Below, in pieces: positions 19,154-29,094 of a stretch of 64,000 nucleotides of DNA. Below the pieces are notes generated by a model. That model did no database searches. It was not told the origin of the DNA and saw only the letters and a program-made list of their open reading frames with translations. The stretch is from positions 416,001 through 480,000 of the forward strand of contig CBDDBZ010000039.1 of NCBI GenBank assembly GCA_965225945.1, in the 5' to 3' direction. This DNA comes from Alphaproteobacteria bacterium. GTDB lineage: Bacteria; Pseudomonadota; Alphaproteobacteria; GCA-2731375. Every line of letters begins with the position of its first letter. Within the stretch, counting starts at the first letter, position 1. Made by a program: the position numbers and the translations under genes.

Positions 19154-19357
19154 ATGATCCGTACGAGCACAATTCGCATGACCACGTTTGATCCTATTCG
19201 GATGCTGGCGGCGAATTTCGGCACCCTCTCGACCTGGCACCAGCGGTTCCGTCAGCGCCTCGCCTTGGCGAGCCTGGAGCCGAGGATGCAGCGCGACGTC
19301 GGCTTGACGCCGGGCAAGGCCGCGATCGAGGCGGCGAAGCCCTTCTGGCTCGCCTGA
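19154..19357 (+). CDS. DUF1127 (YjiS-like) small protein
   Basis: WHQRFRQRLALASLEPRMQRDVGLT...EAAKPFW signature. GGAGGT RBS. Confidence 0.85.
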   Translation: MIRTSTIRMTTFDPIRMLAANFGTLSTWHQRFRQRLALASLEPRMQRDVGLTPGKAAIEAAKPFWLA

Positions 19358-19490
19358 GGCGTTTCGCCGGCGCAGTTCCCGAAGCCCCCGACCCCGGACC
19401 CCCGGCCGCGCGACCCCGCAAAAAGGCGCGGCTGGAGCGGTCCGGGGTGATTTTCACCGCAGTCGCGGTGCAAGCTCGCGCGGCTCGGTT

Positions 19491-19661
19491 CCAGCGGCGC
19501 TTCGAGGCGATGCGCGCGCCCTCGGCGAGCGAAGCGAGCTTGGCCCAGACCATCGAGGGCACGACCGCGTTTTTCGGTCCGGCGAAGCTGGCGAAGCCAC
19601 GGTCGGTGCCGCCGATCGCCCGCTCGCGCCCGACGATTCGGGCGTAATTCTCGAAGCGCCA
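19491..19661 (-). pseudogene. C-terminal remnant of a cobalamin-independent methionine synthase II (MetE-like) gene
   Basis: RFENYARIVGRERAIGGTDRGFASFAG...VWAKLASLAEGARIASKRRW matches the family C-terminus (GxERVxAxTDCGF...WAKLxxLxEGA). The Zn-ligand Cys is replaced by Arg (CGT). Confidence 0.7.
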
Positions 19662-19735
19662 TGTCGTCGGTATGCGGCCCGGTCGACCCTGATAAGGGGC
19701 TGGGAGCGGGACGGGTCGAGCCGATTTTGAACGCT

Positions 19736-20641
19736 CTAAGCGGGGACCACTCTGCCGTCCCAGCCGGCCGAGGTCAGGATGTCCTTGTCGATGATGAGGC
19801 GCGCCGCCATGATCGGCCGTGGCGAAGTGCCGATGCGCAACTCGGCGACGATGCCGAGCAACATATAGGCCTCCTGGGCGCTGAGCCCGGTGTGCTCGGC
19901 GACGAAGCCGACGGCGGCCTGGGAGGCGTCCTCGGTCGCCGCCTCGACGGTCGGGCCGGTGCCCAGGATCTGCACCGTGTTCTCGAACTCGATGATCGGC
20001 CGGTCGATCGGGCTCGCCCGATGCAGGTCGATCCGCGCCCTGACCCGGGCCGTGCACTCGACGCCGGTGCCGCTGATGATGCCGTCGCTGACCGCGGCAT
20101 GGGGATCGGCCATGAAGACGAGCGCCTCGTCGACCATGACCGGCAGGTGCACGGTGGCGCCGACGGCGACGTCGCGCTGGTCGAAGTCGCCGCCATAGGC
20201 GCCTGCGTATGAGGGCTGATAGCCTTCTGGCGGCATCGTCGAGAGGGTGCCGAGATTGGGTCGGAGCGGGATCGGCACCCGATCGCCGAACCAGGCGTGA
20301 CCGTCGCGGATCGGGCAGGCGACGATGGCTGGTTCTTGGAAGGCCTCCTTCAGGACGCCGAAATTGCGCATGATCGCGTTCGAGCCGACGCCCTCAGGCT
20401 GCATCGACTTGATCTCGATGGCGACGCTGTCGCCGGGCTTGGCGCCGCGAACCGCGATCGGGCCGGCGATCGGCGCCAGGGGATGGCCTTCGCATTCAGG
20501 CGTGAACGGCGTCGGCACCGCGTTTATGTCATCGACATCCTCGAACGCGCCTTCCACGGTCACCTCGACCTCGCCGCCGGCGTCGATGATCATCATCGGC
20601 GGGGTCGATGGCCCGACGGAGAACAAATAAGTCTTGCTCAC
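19736..20641 (-). CDS. Acetamidase/formamidase family protein
   Basis: GHPLAPIAGPIAVRGAKPGD, YGGDFD, LPVMVDEAL, DPHAAVSDG...GTGVE and EAYMLLG motifs. AAGGAG RBS 6 nt before GTG. Confidence 0.85.
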   Translation of the reverse strand: MSKTYLFSVGPSTPPMMIIDAGGEVEVTVEGAFEDVDDINAVPTPFTPECEGHPLAPIAGPIAVRGAKPGDSVAIEIKSMQPEGVGSNAIMRNFGVLKEAFQEPAIVACPIRDGHAWFGDRVPIPLRPNLGTLSTMPPEGYQPSYAGAYGGDFDQRDVAVGATVHLPVMVDEALVFMADPHAAVSDGIISGTGVECTARVRARIDLHRASPIDRPIIEFENTVQILGTGPTVEAATEDASQAAVGFVAEHTGLSAQEAYMLLGIVAELRIGTSPRPIMAARLIIDKDILTSAGWDGRVVPA

Positions 20642-20718
20642 CACTGTCTCCTTTTCGCTGCTTTGCAACCACCCCATCATCGAGGCCACGCAAAACGGAT
20701 GCAATCGGCCGGGCGCCG

Positions 20719-20832
20719 CTAAACATTTTCGATATTCATCGAATCGCCGGCCTCCGGCGGCGCCAGCAGGTCGTGGGCACGCGGCAGGCTGGCGACGTGG
20801 GTCGTCACTATCCGCGCGCGGCTCGTTTGCAT
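20719..20832 (-). pseudogene. N-terminal remnant of a MetE-II-like gene
   Basis: MQTSRARIVTTHVASLPRAHDLL matches the family start (RILTTHVGSLPRP), then similarity is lost and a stop follows after 37 codons. Confidence 0.65.
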
Positions 20833-20849
20833 GCCGACCCGCGCGCCCT

Positions 20850-21395
20850 TCAGGCGACCTGTTCCAGCGCCTCTTGCTCGATCTCGAGCTGCAGCACGTC
20901 GTTGAAACGGTTGAAGGCGCCGCAGAGCGCGATCCGCCAAGTGAGCTCAACGATCTCCGGCTCCGAGAAGTGCTCGCGCAGGCGAAGGAACATGGTGTCG
21001 CGGACCCGGTGGAAATCGTCGGTGACCTGGATCGCGTACTCGACCACCAGCTTGTCAACCTCGTCCAGCTCCGGGTGCTCGGCGTAGTCGGGCAGCCGCT
21101 CCACGCCTTCCGGCGAGACGCCCTCGATCGCGAGGAACGGCCCGTGATGGGCGAGGCAATAGTCGCAGGCGTTGAGCTTGGAGACGGTGACCAGCGCCAG
21201 CTCCAGATGGCGGCGGTTCAACACGCCCTCCGCCTTCAGGTCCAGCAATAGGCCGAAGACGTGTTCCAGCATCGGGCCCCGATGGGCCATGGCGCCGACC
21301 AAGCTGGCGAACGGCCCGTAGGTCGACATCTGCTCATAAAGCGGGCGCAAGCGCTCCGCCACGTCCTCGATGGGCACATGGGATACCCGCGCCAT
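20850..21395 (-). CDS. Carboxymuconolactone decarboxylase / AhpD-like protein
   Basis: ELALVTVSKLNACDYCLAHH (CxxC-xxHH), LREHFSEPEIVEL and FNRFND motifs. Confidence 0.87.
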   Translation of the reverse strand: MARVSHVPIEDVAERLRPLYEQMSTYGPFASLVGAMAHRGPMLEHVFGLLLDLKAEGVLNRRHLELALVTVSKLNACDYCLAHHGPFLAIEGVSPEGVERLPDYAEHPELDEVDKLVVEYAIQVTDDFHRVRDTMFLRLREHFSEPEIVELTWRIALCGAFNRFNDVLQLEIEQEALEQVA

Positions 21396-21546
21396 GATCA
21401 ATCTCCCTCGAATCGGTTTGCTCGGCTTCCTCGCCCGCGAGACTACCCGAGCTGGGCCCAAGTCGAAAGAATTCACCACGCCCTTGTGATAAGCGTGACC
21501 GCATGAGCGGCCAAGGAATTCTGTCAGCAGCTTTCCGCGCACGCCC

Positions 21547-22653
21547 CTATGCCGCCCGCAAGGCCGACATGTGTTGGCGGAAGCGGGGCATGACTTCCTC
21601 GACCAGGCGGCGCATCGAGGCCTCGTGCAATTCGGCGTCGTGGAATTCGTGTGCGGTGAGGGTGAGGACGCCGAAGTCGCCCACCACGTCGCGCAGCCAC
21701 ACCAGCTTGTCGAGCACCGTGCGCGAGGTGCCGTACGCCAGCATCGAGAGCGCGATCTCGTGCCACTCGACGTCCGCCGCCTCCTCCCGCCCATCGGGAC
21801 GGAGGAAGTGCGGCACCCCGCGCTGGGCGAAGGCGCTCATCATGTAGCGGTAGAAATAGCGGAACGGGCCGTCGGGATCGGCGATCAGATCCGTGGCCTC
21901 GGTCTCGCTCTCGGTGATCAGGATGGATCGCGCGACCCGCCAGATCGAAGGCTCCGCCTTGCGCCCGGCCGCCGCTGCGCCCTCGAGGTAATTTTCCCAA
22001 TGGCTGGCGATATAGCGCGGCTGCACCAAGCTCGCGCCCGAAATCGGGATGTAGCCGCGCTCGCCCGCCGCGTAAGCGCTGCCGGAGCCCGGCGACAGCA
22101 GGGAGACGGCGAGCGGCGGGTGCGGCTTCTGATAGGGCTTGGGCAGCGAGCCGACGCCGAACTCGCTGCGGCTCGTGTCCAAAATCGAAATGTCCCAAAA
22201 TTCGCCCTTCAGCTCGTAGGGCGGCTGGCCAGCCCAGAGCTTCAAGATCATGTCGATCGATTCGCGCATCATCCGGCCCCGGTCGACGTCGCCCGCGACC
22301 TTGAACAGCTCCAAATCGCTCGACAGCCCGCCGGTGCCGATTCCCATCTGGAAGCGTCCCCGGGCCAAATGGTCGAACATCGCCGCCTCCGCCGCGACGA
22401 CCGCCGGATGCTTGATCGAGAGGCAGAAGACTCCGGTGCCGAGCTGGATCTGCTTGGTCTCTTGCAGCAGCGAGGCGAGGAAGACGAGCGGCGAGGTGAT
22501 CGGCTCCGTCGTCGCCGCGATGTGTTCGCCGATCCAGCACTCCCGAAAGCCCAGCTTGTCGGCCAGGATCACCGTCTGGCGGTCCTGCTCCAGGATTTCC
22601 GTATAATCGCGGCGGGTGTCGTGAACCGGTTGCATGAAGAGGCCGAGTTGCAT
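21547..22653 (-). CDS. Luciferase-like (LLM) flavin-dependent monooxygenase
   Basis: LGLFMQPVH, ADKLGFRECWIGEH, LGTGV, GRFQMGIGTG and PKPYQKPHPP motifs. Confidence 0.88.
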   Translation of the reverse strand: MQLGLFMQPVHDTRRDYTEILEQDRQTVILADKLGFRECWIGEHIAATTEPITSPLVFLASLLQETKQIQLGTGVFCLSIKHPAVVAAEAAMFDHLARGRFQMGIGTGGLSSDLELFKVAGDVDRGRMMRESIDMILKLWAGQPPYELKGEFWDISILDTSRSEFGVGSLPKPYQKPHPPLAVSLLSPGSGSAYAAGERGYIPISGASLVQPRYIASHWENYLEGAAAAGRKAEPSIWRVARSILITESETEATDLIADPDGPFRYFYRYMMSAFAQRGVPHFLRPDGREEAADVEWHEIALSMLAYGTSRTVLDKLVWLRDVVGDFGVLTLTAHEFHDAELHEASMRRLVEEVMPRFRQHMSALRAA

Positions 22654-22753
22654 GGCGCGGCTCCTTGGACGGTCGTGGCGAGCCACTCTACACCTGGCCG
22701 GAAAGGCACGCCAAAGGGACGCCAAGGGACCGCCGGACCGCTATAGTCGCGCC

Positions 22754-25486
22754 ATGACCCGACCCGCGCCGAAGGCCGCCGCCGACATTCGCCCGCCCGA
22801 GGCACCGGCCCTGGTGGTGGGCGCCAGGCGGGCCTATTGGCTGTCGCCGGACGGCGAGTTGGAAAGCCTGGACCTGGAGAGCGCGCGGGCCCGGGCGAGC
22901 GGAACCCGGCCGATCCTTTGCCACCGCGTGATGGTGGCCAGGCGGTTGGGGCTCGGCGATCTCGATGCCCTCGACCTGTTGGAGCTCTTCGCCTTCGCGC
23001 ACCCGGCCCGCTTCACCCTGCCGACGCCGGCGGGTCTCGCCCGCGCACTCGGGCTTAGTGTCCCGGCGGGGGCCGAGGACGCGGCGCTCGCGCTGCTCGA
23101 GGTCACCCGGCGCCTGCTGGCCGACCTCGCCGAAGCGCGCGAAGGGGAGGTCGCGGCGCGCATTGCCTTCGCCATGGCCCGGGCCGGATGGGGCTGGGGC
23201 CCGGCGGTGCTGGCCGCCCTCGGTGGTCCGATCGACGACGGCGCGGGCCTGGACGGCCTCGACGTCTGGAACCGGCTCGAGCCGATCGAGGAGGAGGCGC
23301 CACCGCCGCCGCCGGGCGAGGCCTCGGTCAGTGAGGCGGAGGCCCGCCAGAGGCTCGCGCGGCTGCTCGGCGAAGGCGCCGAATCGCGCCCCCGGCAGAG
23401 CGACTATGCGGCGCTCGCGAGCCGCGCCTTCGCGCCGCGGGACGAGGCGGGTCAGCCCCGCGTCGTCCTCGCCGAGGCCGGCACCGGGATCGGCAAGACC
23501 CTCGGCTACATCGCGCCGGCGAGCCTCTGGGCGGAACGCAACGGCGGCACCGTCTGGCTCTCGACCTTCACCCGCAACCTGCAACGCCAGATCGACCAGG
23601 AGCTCGACGCCCTCTACCCCGAGCCTAAGACCAAGGCCGCCCGCGCCGTCGTGCGCAAGGGGCGGGAGAACTACCTCTGCCTCTTGAACCTGGAGGAGGC
23701 GGCGCGGGGGAGCGGCCTGGGCGCGGCCTGGGCGGTGCCGCTTGGCCTGATGGCGCGTTGGGCCGGCGCGACGCGCGACGGCGACATGGTCGGCGGCGAC
23801 TTTCCGGCCTGGCTGATCGATCTTTTGGGACCGTCGCGTACCGTGGCGCTGACCGACAGCCGGGGCGAGTGCATCTATTCCGCCTGCCGGCACTACCGGC
23901 GCTGCTTCATCGAGAAGGTGGCCAGGCGCGGACAACGGGCCGACATCGTCATCGCCAACCACGCGCTGGTCATGGTGCTGGCGGCGCTCGGCGACGATCC
24001 GAGCCCGCCGCTCCGCATCGTCTTCGACGAGGGCCACCACGTCTTCGATGCCGCCGACGGCGTCTTCTCGACCGACCTATCCGGCCGGGAAACGGCGGAG
24101 CTTCGTCGCTGGCTGGCCGGCGCCGGCGCCAGGCGTGGCCGCGCCCGGGGCCTGGCCGAGCGGGTGGGCGACCTGGTCGCCGGCGACGACGAGGCGAGCC
24201 GAGCGCTCGACCAGGTCTTGCGCGCGGCCCGCGCCCTCCCGGGCGAGGGCTGGCTCGGCCGGCTCGCGAGCGAGAGCCCGCGCGGCCCGACGGAGGGTTT
24301 TCTCGTCCGCGTCCGGGCTCATGTCATGGCCCGGGTCGAGGATCCGACCATGCCCTACGGCCTCGAGGCCTCGACCCTCGAGCCGGCCGAAACCCTGCTG
24401 GAGGCCGCCCGGGCGCTGGATACGGCGCTGGCCGCGATCGAGCGGCCGCTGCTCGAGCTCGGCCGCCGGCTCGCCGCGCGGCTGGACGACGAGGCGGGCG
24501 AGTTCGACACTCAGAGCCGGATCCGGATCGATGCCGCCTGCCGGGGCATGCGGCGCCGCGCGGGACTCTTCCTCCGGGTGTGGCGCGCGATGCTGGCGCG
24601 GCTCGACGGGCCGGGCGAGGCAGACTTCGTCGACTGGCTGGCGGTGGAGCGGAGCGAGGGACGCGAGAGCGACGTCGCCATGCGGCGCCATTGGGTCGAC
24701 CCGACGGTGCCCTTCGCGAGAGCGCTCCTGGCGCGGGCGCATGGCGCCCTCATCACCTCGGCGACCTTGCGCGACCGGGCGCCGGACGCCCCCGACGAGT
24801 GGACCAGCGCCGAGGTCAGGACCGGGGCGCTGCATCTCCCGGCCGTCGCCGCCCGGGCCAGCCTCGCCTCCCCCTTCGACTACCCGGCCCAGACCCGGGT
24901 GCTGGTGGTAACCGACGTCCGCCGCGACGACGGCGCGCAGGTGGCCGCCGCCTATCGCGAGCTGTTCCTGGCGGCGGGCGGAGGCGCGCTCGGCCTCTTT
25001 ACCGCGGTCCAGCGCTTGCGCGGCGTGCATCGCCGGATCGCCGGACCGTTGGAGGACGCGGGCCTCTCGCTCCTGGCGCAGCACGTCGACGCCATGGATA
25101 CCGGCACCCTGGTCGACATCTTCCGCGAGGAGGTGGATTCCTGCCTGCTCGGCACCGATGCGGTCCGCGACGGGGTCGACGTGCCGGGCCGCTCGCTCCG
25201 CCTGATCGTCTTCGACCGAGTGCCCTGGCCGCGCCCCGACATCCTGCATCGCGCGCGCCGCGCCGCCTTCGGCGGCCGGAGCTATGACGACATGATGACC
25301 CGGTTGCGCCTGAAGCAGGCCTATGGCCGTTTGATCCGGGGCGCCGGCGACCGGGGAAGCTTCGTCATGCTGGATGCCATGCTGCCCAGCCGCCTGGCCA
25401 CGGCCTTCCCCGAAGGCGTGGAAGTCCGGCGTCTGGGCCTGGCCGAGGCGGTGGCCCAGGTCCGGGATTTTCTCGGCCCGGAATAG
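22754..25486 (+). CDS. dinG: DinG family ATP-dependent Fe-S DNA helicase
   Basis: AEAGTGIGKT, KGRENYLC, CxxxxCxxxxxC cluster, DEGHH, TSATL, SPFDY, DGVDVPG and KQAYGRLIR motifs. Confidence 0.9.
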   Translation: MTRPAPKAAADIRPPEAPALVVGARRAYWLSPDGELESLDLESARARASGTRPILCHRVMVARRLGLGDLDALDLLELFAFAHPARFTLPTPAGLARALGLSVPAGAEDAALALLEVTRRLLADLAEAREGEVAARIAFAMARAGWGWGPAVLAALGGPIDDGAGLDGLDVWNRLEPIEEEAPPPPPGEASVSEAEARQRLARLLGEGAESRPRQSDYAALASRAFAPRDEAGQPRVVLAEAGTGIGKTLGYIAPASLWAERNGGTVWLSTFTRNLQRQIDQELDALYPEPKTKAARAVVRKGRENYLCLLNLEEAARGSGLGAAWAVPLGLMARWAGATRDGDMVGGDFPAWLIDLLGPSRTVALTDSRGECIYSACRHYRRCFIEKVARRGQRADIVIANHALVMVLAALGDDPSPPLRIVFDEGHHVFDAADGVFSTDLSGRETAELRRWLAGAGARRGRARGLAERVGDLVAGDDEASRALDQVLRAARALPGEGWLGRLASESPRGPTEGFLVRVRAHVMARVEDPTMPYGLEASTLEPAETLLEAARALDTALAAIERPLLELGRRLAARLDDEAGEFDTQSRIRIDAACRGMRRRAGLFLRVWRAMLARLDGPGEADFVDWLAVERSEGRESDVAMRRHWVDPTVPFARALLARAHGALITSATLRDRAPDAPDEWTSAEVRTGALHLPAVAARASLASPFDYPAQTRVLVVTDVRRDDGAQVAAAYRELFLAAGGGALGLFTAVQRLRGVHRRIAGPLEDAGLSLLAQHVDAMDTGTLVDIFREEVDSCLLGTDAVRDGVDVPGRSLRLIVFDRVPWPRPDILHRARRAAFGGRSYDDMMTRLRLKQAYGRLIRGAGDRGSFVMLDAMLPSRLATAFPEGVEVRRLGLAEAVAQVRDFLGPE

Positions 25487-25570
25487 ACCATGGAAAATCC
25501 GTGGCCGCGCGTCTTGCCGCCTGCCCGGCGTCTACCTATGTTCCGCCGAGGTTCGGCCGAGGACGAGGCG

Positions 25571-25987
25571 ATGACCAGCGACCTTCTCAATCCCCATACC
25601 GCGTTGATTTACACCATGGTGCTGATGAGCGCGGCGGACAGCGACATGACCGACAGCGAGTTGCAACGCATCGGCCACATGACCCGCACGCTCCCGGTCT
25701 TCGACGGCTTCGACCCGGACGACCTGGTGCCGACGGCGGAGGAATGCGCCCGCCGTCTCGGCAGCGCCGGCGGGCTGGAAGCGGTGCTGGACGTGATCAC
25801 CGCCTCGCTGCCGGTGAAACTGTCGGAAACGGCCTACGCCATCGCCTGCGAGGTGGCGGCGGCCGATCTCCACGTCAAGCAGGAGGAGATCCGCCTGCTG
25901 GAGATGCTGCGACACCGGTTCGAGATCGACCGTCTCGTCGCCGCCGGCATCGAGCGCGGCGTGCGCGCCCGCCATATGACGTTGTAG
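25571..25987 (+). CDS. TerB-like tellurite-resistance family protein
   Basis: ALIYTMVLMSAADSDMTDSEL...ETAYAIACEVAAADLHVKQEE with the paired ADxxxxxxE motifs. Confidence 0.8.
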   Translation: MTSDLLNPHTALIYTMVLMSAADSDMTDSELQRIGHMTRTLPVFDGFDPDDLVPTAEECARRLGSAGGLEAVLDVITASLPVKLSETAYAIACEVAAADLHVKQEEIRLLEMLRHRFEIDRLVAAGIERGVRARHMTL

Positions 25988-26001
25988 AGGTTCGCCGTGC
26001 T

Positions 26002-26781
26002 TCAGGCCCCGGTGGTGAATTTGTCGTAGAGCCCGGCCAGCTCGTCGGCGGCGAGTTCACAGAGTTCCTTGCCGGCCTCGGGATTGGCCTGCCAGGGATG
26101 CGAGCCGATGCGGCCGTCGGGAAATCGGCGGCGATAGTCGGCGGCGTCGGTCCAGCCGCCGCGATGCGGCGAGGGCGGTCCCATCGCCTCCGTGCCCTGC
26201 TTCACGTGATCGGGAAAGAGGTACTGCGTCACCGAGATTTCGGAATTGGTCGCGTGCATGCCGTCCTTGTCGCCGAAGAGCCGCTTGATCGCCGCGTTGG
26301 TCCGCGGGCCCTGCCACCAGTTCCTCAGTTCCAAGGCGATCGCCTGACGGTTGTCGCCCGCCTCGGCGCCTTGGGGTGTCTGGCCGGGGCGGCGGCTCTG
26401 CTCGGTATAGAGCTCTTGGAAGGCGGCGTTGATGGTGGTGATGTTGCCGCCGTGGCCGTTGATGAAGAAGAACCGGTCGAAGCCGTGATGGGCTAGGCTC
26501 TCGACCCATTCCTTGATCACCAGGATCAAGGTCGTCGGCTTCAGCGTCATCGAGCCGGTGAAGGCCATGTGGTGCTGCGCGACGCCGACGTTGATCACCG
26601 GCGCCACCACGGCGTTCGCCCGCTCGCCCGCCGCCTTGGCGATGTATTCCGCCACCACCGCGTCGGTGCCGACCAGGCCGTTGGGCCCGTGCTGCTCGGT
26701 CGAGCCGATGGGAATGATCACCGCCGTGCAGCCTTCCAGATGCCGCTCCACCTCGGCCCAGGTCATCATCTGCAAGACCAT
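26002..26781 (-). CDS. Creatininase family amidohydrolase
   Basis: MTWAEV, PIGSTEQHGP..GTD, NGHGGN and HAxxxE motifs. Confidence 0.87.
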   Translation of the reverse strand: MVLQMMTWAEVERHLEGCTAVIIPIGSTEQHGPNGLVGTDAVVAEYIAKAAGERANAVVAPVINVGVAQHHMAFTGSMTLKPTTLILVIKEWVESLAHHGFDRFFFINGHGGNITTINAAFQELYTEQSRRPGQTPQGAEAGDNRQAIALELRNWWQGPRTNAAIKRLFGDKDGMHATNSEISVTQYLFPDHVKQGTEAMGPPSPHRGGWTDAADYRRRFPDGRIGSHPWQANPEAGKELCELAADELAGLYDKFTTGA

Positions 26782-26915
26782 CCCGCCACCTCTGCCTCGC
26801 CCGCGCGCCACTTCATCCCACGCCCGACGACCCCTGTCCAGGCGGCCGCCACCCGTCCGGGGAGCGGATATGGTGTGCAATCGTGGCTTCCGGGCTGGAA
26901 CCGGCGACTCGGCGG

Positions 26916-26944
26916 TTGACGGTCCGGGCGCCCGTCGTCATGTT
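26916..26944 (+). promoter_or_regulatory. Candidate sigma70 promoter of the tkt-gap-pgk operon
   Basis: TTGACG-N17-CATGTT, about 110 nt upstream of tkt. Confidence 0.5.
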
Positions 26945-27055
26945 GGCCGGACCTTCGGCGTGGCCGTTCCGAAGGGCGGCGGCGGCTTGGTATCAAGATG
27001 ATTTTCCAGCTTCGGATTCCGGCGAATTCGGGGAACTTTCGATCCGAGAAGGCTC

Positions 27056-29056
27056 ATGTCCGCCAGCGCAAAGGTCGAGGTCGAGGTCAGCCACGTCGAC
27101 TTGGCGAATGCTATCCGCGCGCTCTCGATGGACGCGGTGGAGGCCGCGAAGTCCGGTCATCCCGGCATGCCGATGGGCATGGCCGACGTCGCCACCGTGC
27201 TGTTCCGGCGCTTTTTGAGCTATGACGCCTCGGCCCCCGAGTGGCCCGACCGCGACCGCTTCGTGCTCTCGGCCGGGCACGGCTCGATGCTGCTCTATGC
27301 ACTGCTCTACCTCACCGGCTACCCGGACATCGACCAAGCCGAGATCGCCCAATTCCGCCAGCTCGGCAGCCGCACCGCCGGCCATCCCGAGTTCGGTCAC
27401 GCCGCCGGCATCGAGACCACCACCGGGCCGCTCGGCCAAGGCATCGCCAACGCCGTGGGCATGACGATCGCCGAGCGGGTGATGGCGGCGCGTTTCGGCG
27501 CCGATCTCGTCGACCATTACACCTATGTCATCGTCGGTGACGGCGACCTCATGGAAGGGCTCAGCCACGAGGCGGCCTCGCTCGCCGGCCATCTCGGCCT
27601 CGCACGGCTGATCGTGCTGTTCGACGACAACAGGGTCTCGATCGACGGTTCGACCGCGCTTTCGGTTTCCGACGACACGACCGCCCGCTTCGCCGCCTAT
27701 GGCTGGCAAACGAACGCGGTCGACGGTCACGACCCGGAAGCGGTGGCGGCGGCGATCGAGGCGGCCCGCGCGAGCCCCGCGCCCAGCTTGATCGCCTGTC
27801 GCACCACCATCGGCCTGGGCGCGCCGAGCAAGGCCGGGACCGCCGCCACCCATGGCGCGCCGCTCGGGCCGGAAGAGGTGGCCGGCGCCCGCGAGCAACT
27901 GGGCTGGCCGCACCCGCCCTTCGAGGTGCCGGCGCCCATTCTCGCCGCATGGCGCGTCGCCGGCGGGCGGGGCGCGGAGGCCCGGCGCGGCTGGGAAGCG
28001 CGGCTGGCGGCGGCGGGCGAGACGACACGAAGCGCCTTCCGCGCCGCGCTCGATGGCGCCGTGCCCGAGGCCGTGGGCGCGGCGTTGGACGACTTCAAGC
28101 GGCAAATCGTCGAGGCCGCGCCCACCATGGCGACGCGCCAGGCCTCGGGCGAGGTGTTGGCGGCGATCCAGCCGCTGATGGCGGAACTGATCGGCGGCTC
28201 GGCCGACCTCACCGGCTCCAACAACACCCGGCTCGCCGGGCACCGGGCGATAACGCGACACGATTTCGCCGGCGGCTATCTGCACTACGGCGTGCGCGAG
28301 CACGCCATGGCGGCGGCGATGAACGGCATGGCGCTGCATGGTGGCCTGGTGCCCTATGCCGGGACCTTCCTGATATTTTCCGACTATTGCCGGCCGTCGA
28401 TCCGCCTGGCCGCGCTGATGGGCCGCCGGGTGATCCACGTGATGACCCACGATTCGATCGGCCTCGGCGAGGACGGACCGACCCACCAGCCGGTCGAGCA
28501 TCTGGCGAGCCTGCGGGCGATCCCCGGCCTCCGGGTCTTCCGCCCCGCCGACGCGGTGGAGGTGGCGGAGTGTTGGGCCCTCGCGCTGGCCGACGTGGAC
28601 CGGCCCTCGGTGCTCGCGCTGACCCGCCAGGGGGTGCCGACGGTGCGGACCGCGCAAAGCTCGGACAATCTTTCGGCGCGCGGCGGCTACGAGCTGGCGG
28701 CGGCCGAGGGCGAGGCTCGGGTGACGCTGCTGGCGACGGGGAGCGAGGTGCATCTGGCGCTCGCCGCTCGGGGTTTGCTCCAGGGCGACGGCATCGCCGC
28801 CCGCGTCGTCTCGATGCCCTGTCACGAGCTGTTCGACGCGCAGGCGGAGGATCTCCGGCGCCAGGTCCTGGGACCCGGCACCGTTCGCGTCGCCGTCGAG
28901 GCGGCGATCGTGCAGGGCTGGGAACGCTACATCGGCCCGGACGGCGGCTTCGTCGGCATGGCCGGCTTCGGCGCCTCGGCGCCGGCAAGTGATCTCTATC
29001 GACATTTCGGCATCACGGCCGAGGCCGTCGCCGAGGCGGCGCGGGCGCGTCTCTAG
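27056..29056 (+). CDS. tkt: Transketolase
   Basis: [39 protein letters not shown] and [16 protein letters not shown] motifs. Confidence 0.98.
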   Translation: MSASAKVEVEVSHVDLANAIRALSMDAVEAAKSGHPGMPMGMADVATVLFRRFLSYDASAPEWPDRDRFVLSAGHGSMLLYALLYLTGYPDIDQAEIAQFRQLGSRTAGHPEFGHAAGIETTTGPLGQGIANAVGMTIAERVMAARFGADLVDHYTYVIVGDGDLMEGLSHEAASLAGHLGLARLIVLFDDNRVSIDGSTALSVSDDTTARFAAYGWQTNAVDGHDPEAVAAAIEAARASPAPSLIACRTTIGLGAPSKAGTAATHGAPLGPEEVAGAREQLGWPHPPFEVPAPILAAWRVAGGRGAEARRGWEARLAAAGETTRSAFRAALDGAVPEAVGAALDDFKRQIVEAAPTMATRQASGEVLAAIQPLMAELIGGSADLTGSNNTRLAGHRAITRHDFAGGYLHYGVREHAMAAAMNGMALHGGLVPYAGTFLIFSDYCRPSIRLAALMGRRVIHVMTHDSIGLGEDGPTHQPVEHLASLRAIPGLRVFRPADAVEVAECWALALADVDRPSVLALTRQGVPTVRTAQSSDNLSARGGYELAAAEGEARVTLLATGSEVHLALAARGLLQGDGIAARVVSMPCHELFDAQAEDLRRQVLGPGTVRVAVEAAIVQGWERYIGPDGGFVGMAGFGASAPASDLYRHFGITAEAVAEAARARL

Positions 29057-29094
29057 ACGGCACGTCGCCGCGAAGCGCAAGAGGGAGCATCGAG

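Noticed and set aside
19358-19440. Cuckoo-type sRNA array downstream of DUF1127
   Set aside because: The region is C-rich (repeated GACCCC) but lacks the CCTCCTCCC loop motif and repeated hairpins.
25571-25987. TerB next to a helicase as an anti-phage defence system
   Set aside because: It is a stand-alone TerB-like gene with host-like composition, with no TerC/TerD, ATPase or nuclease partners.
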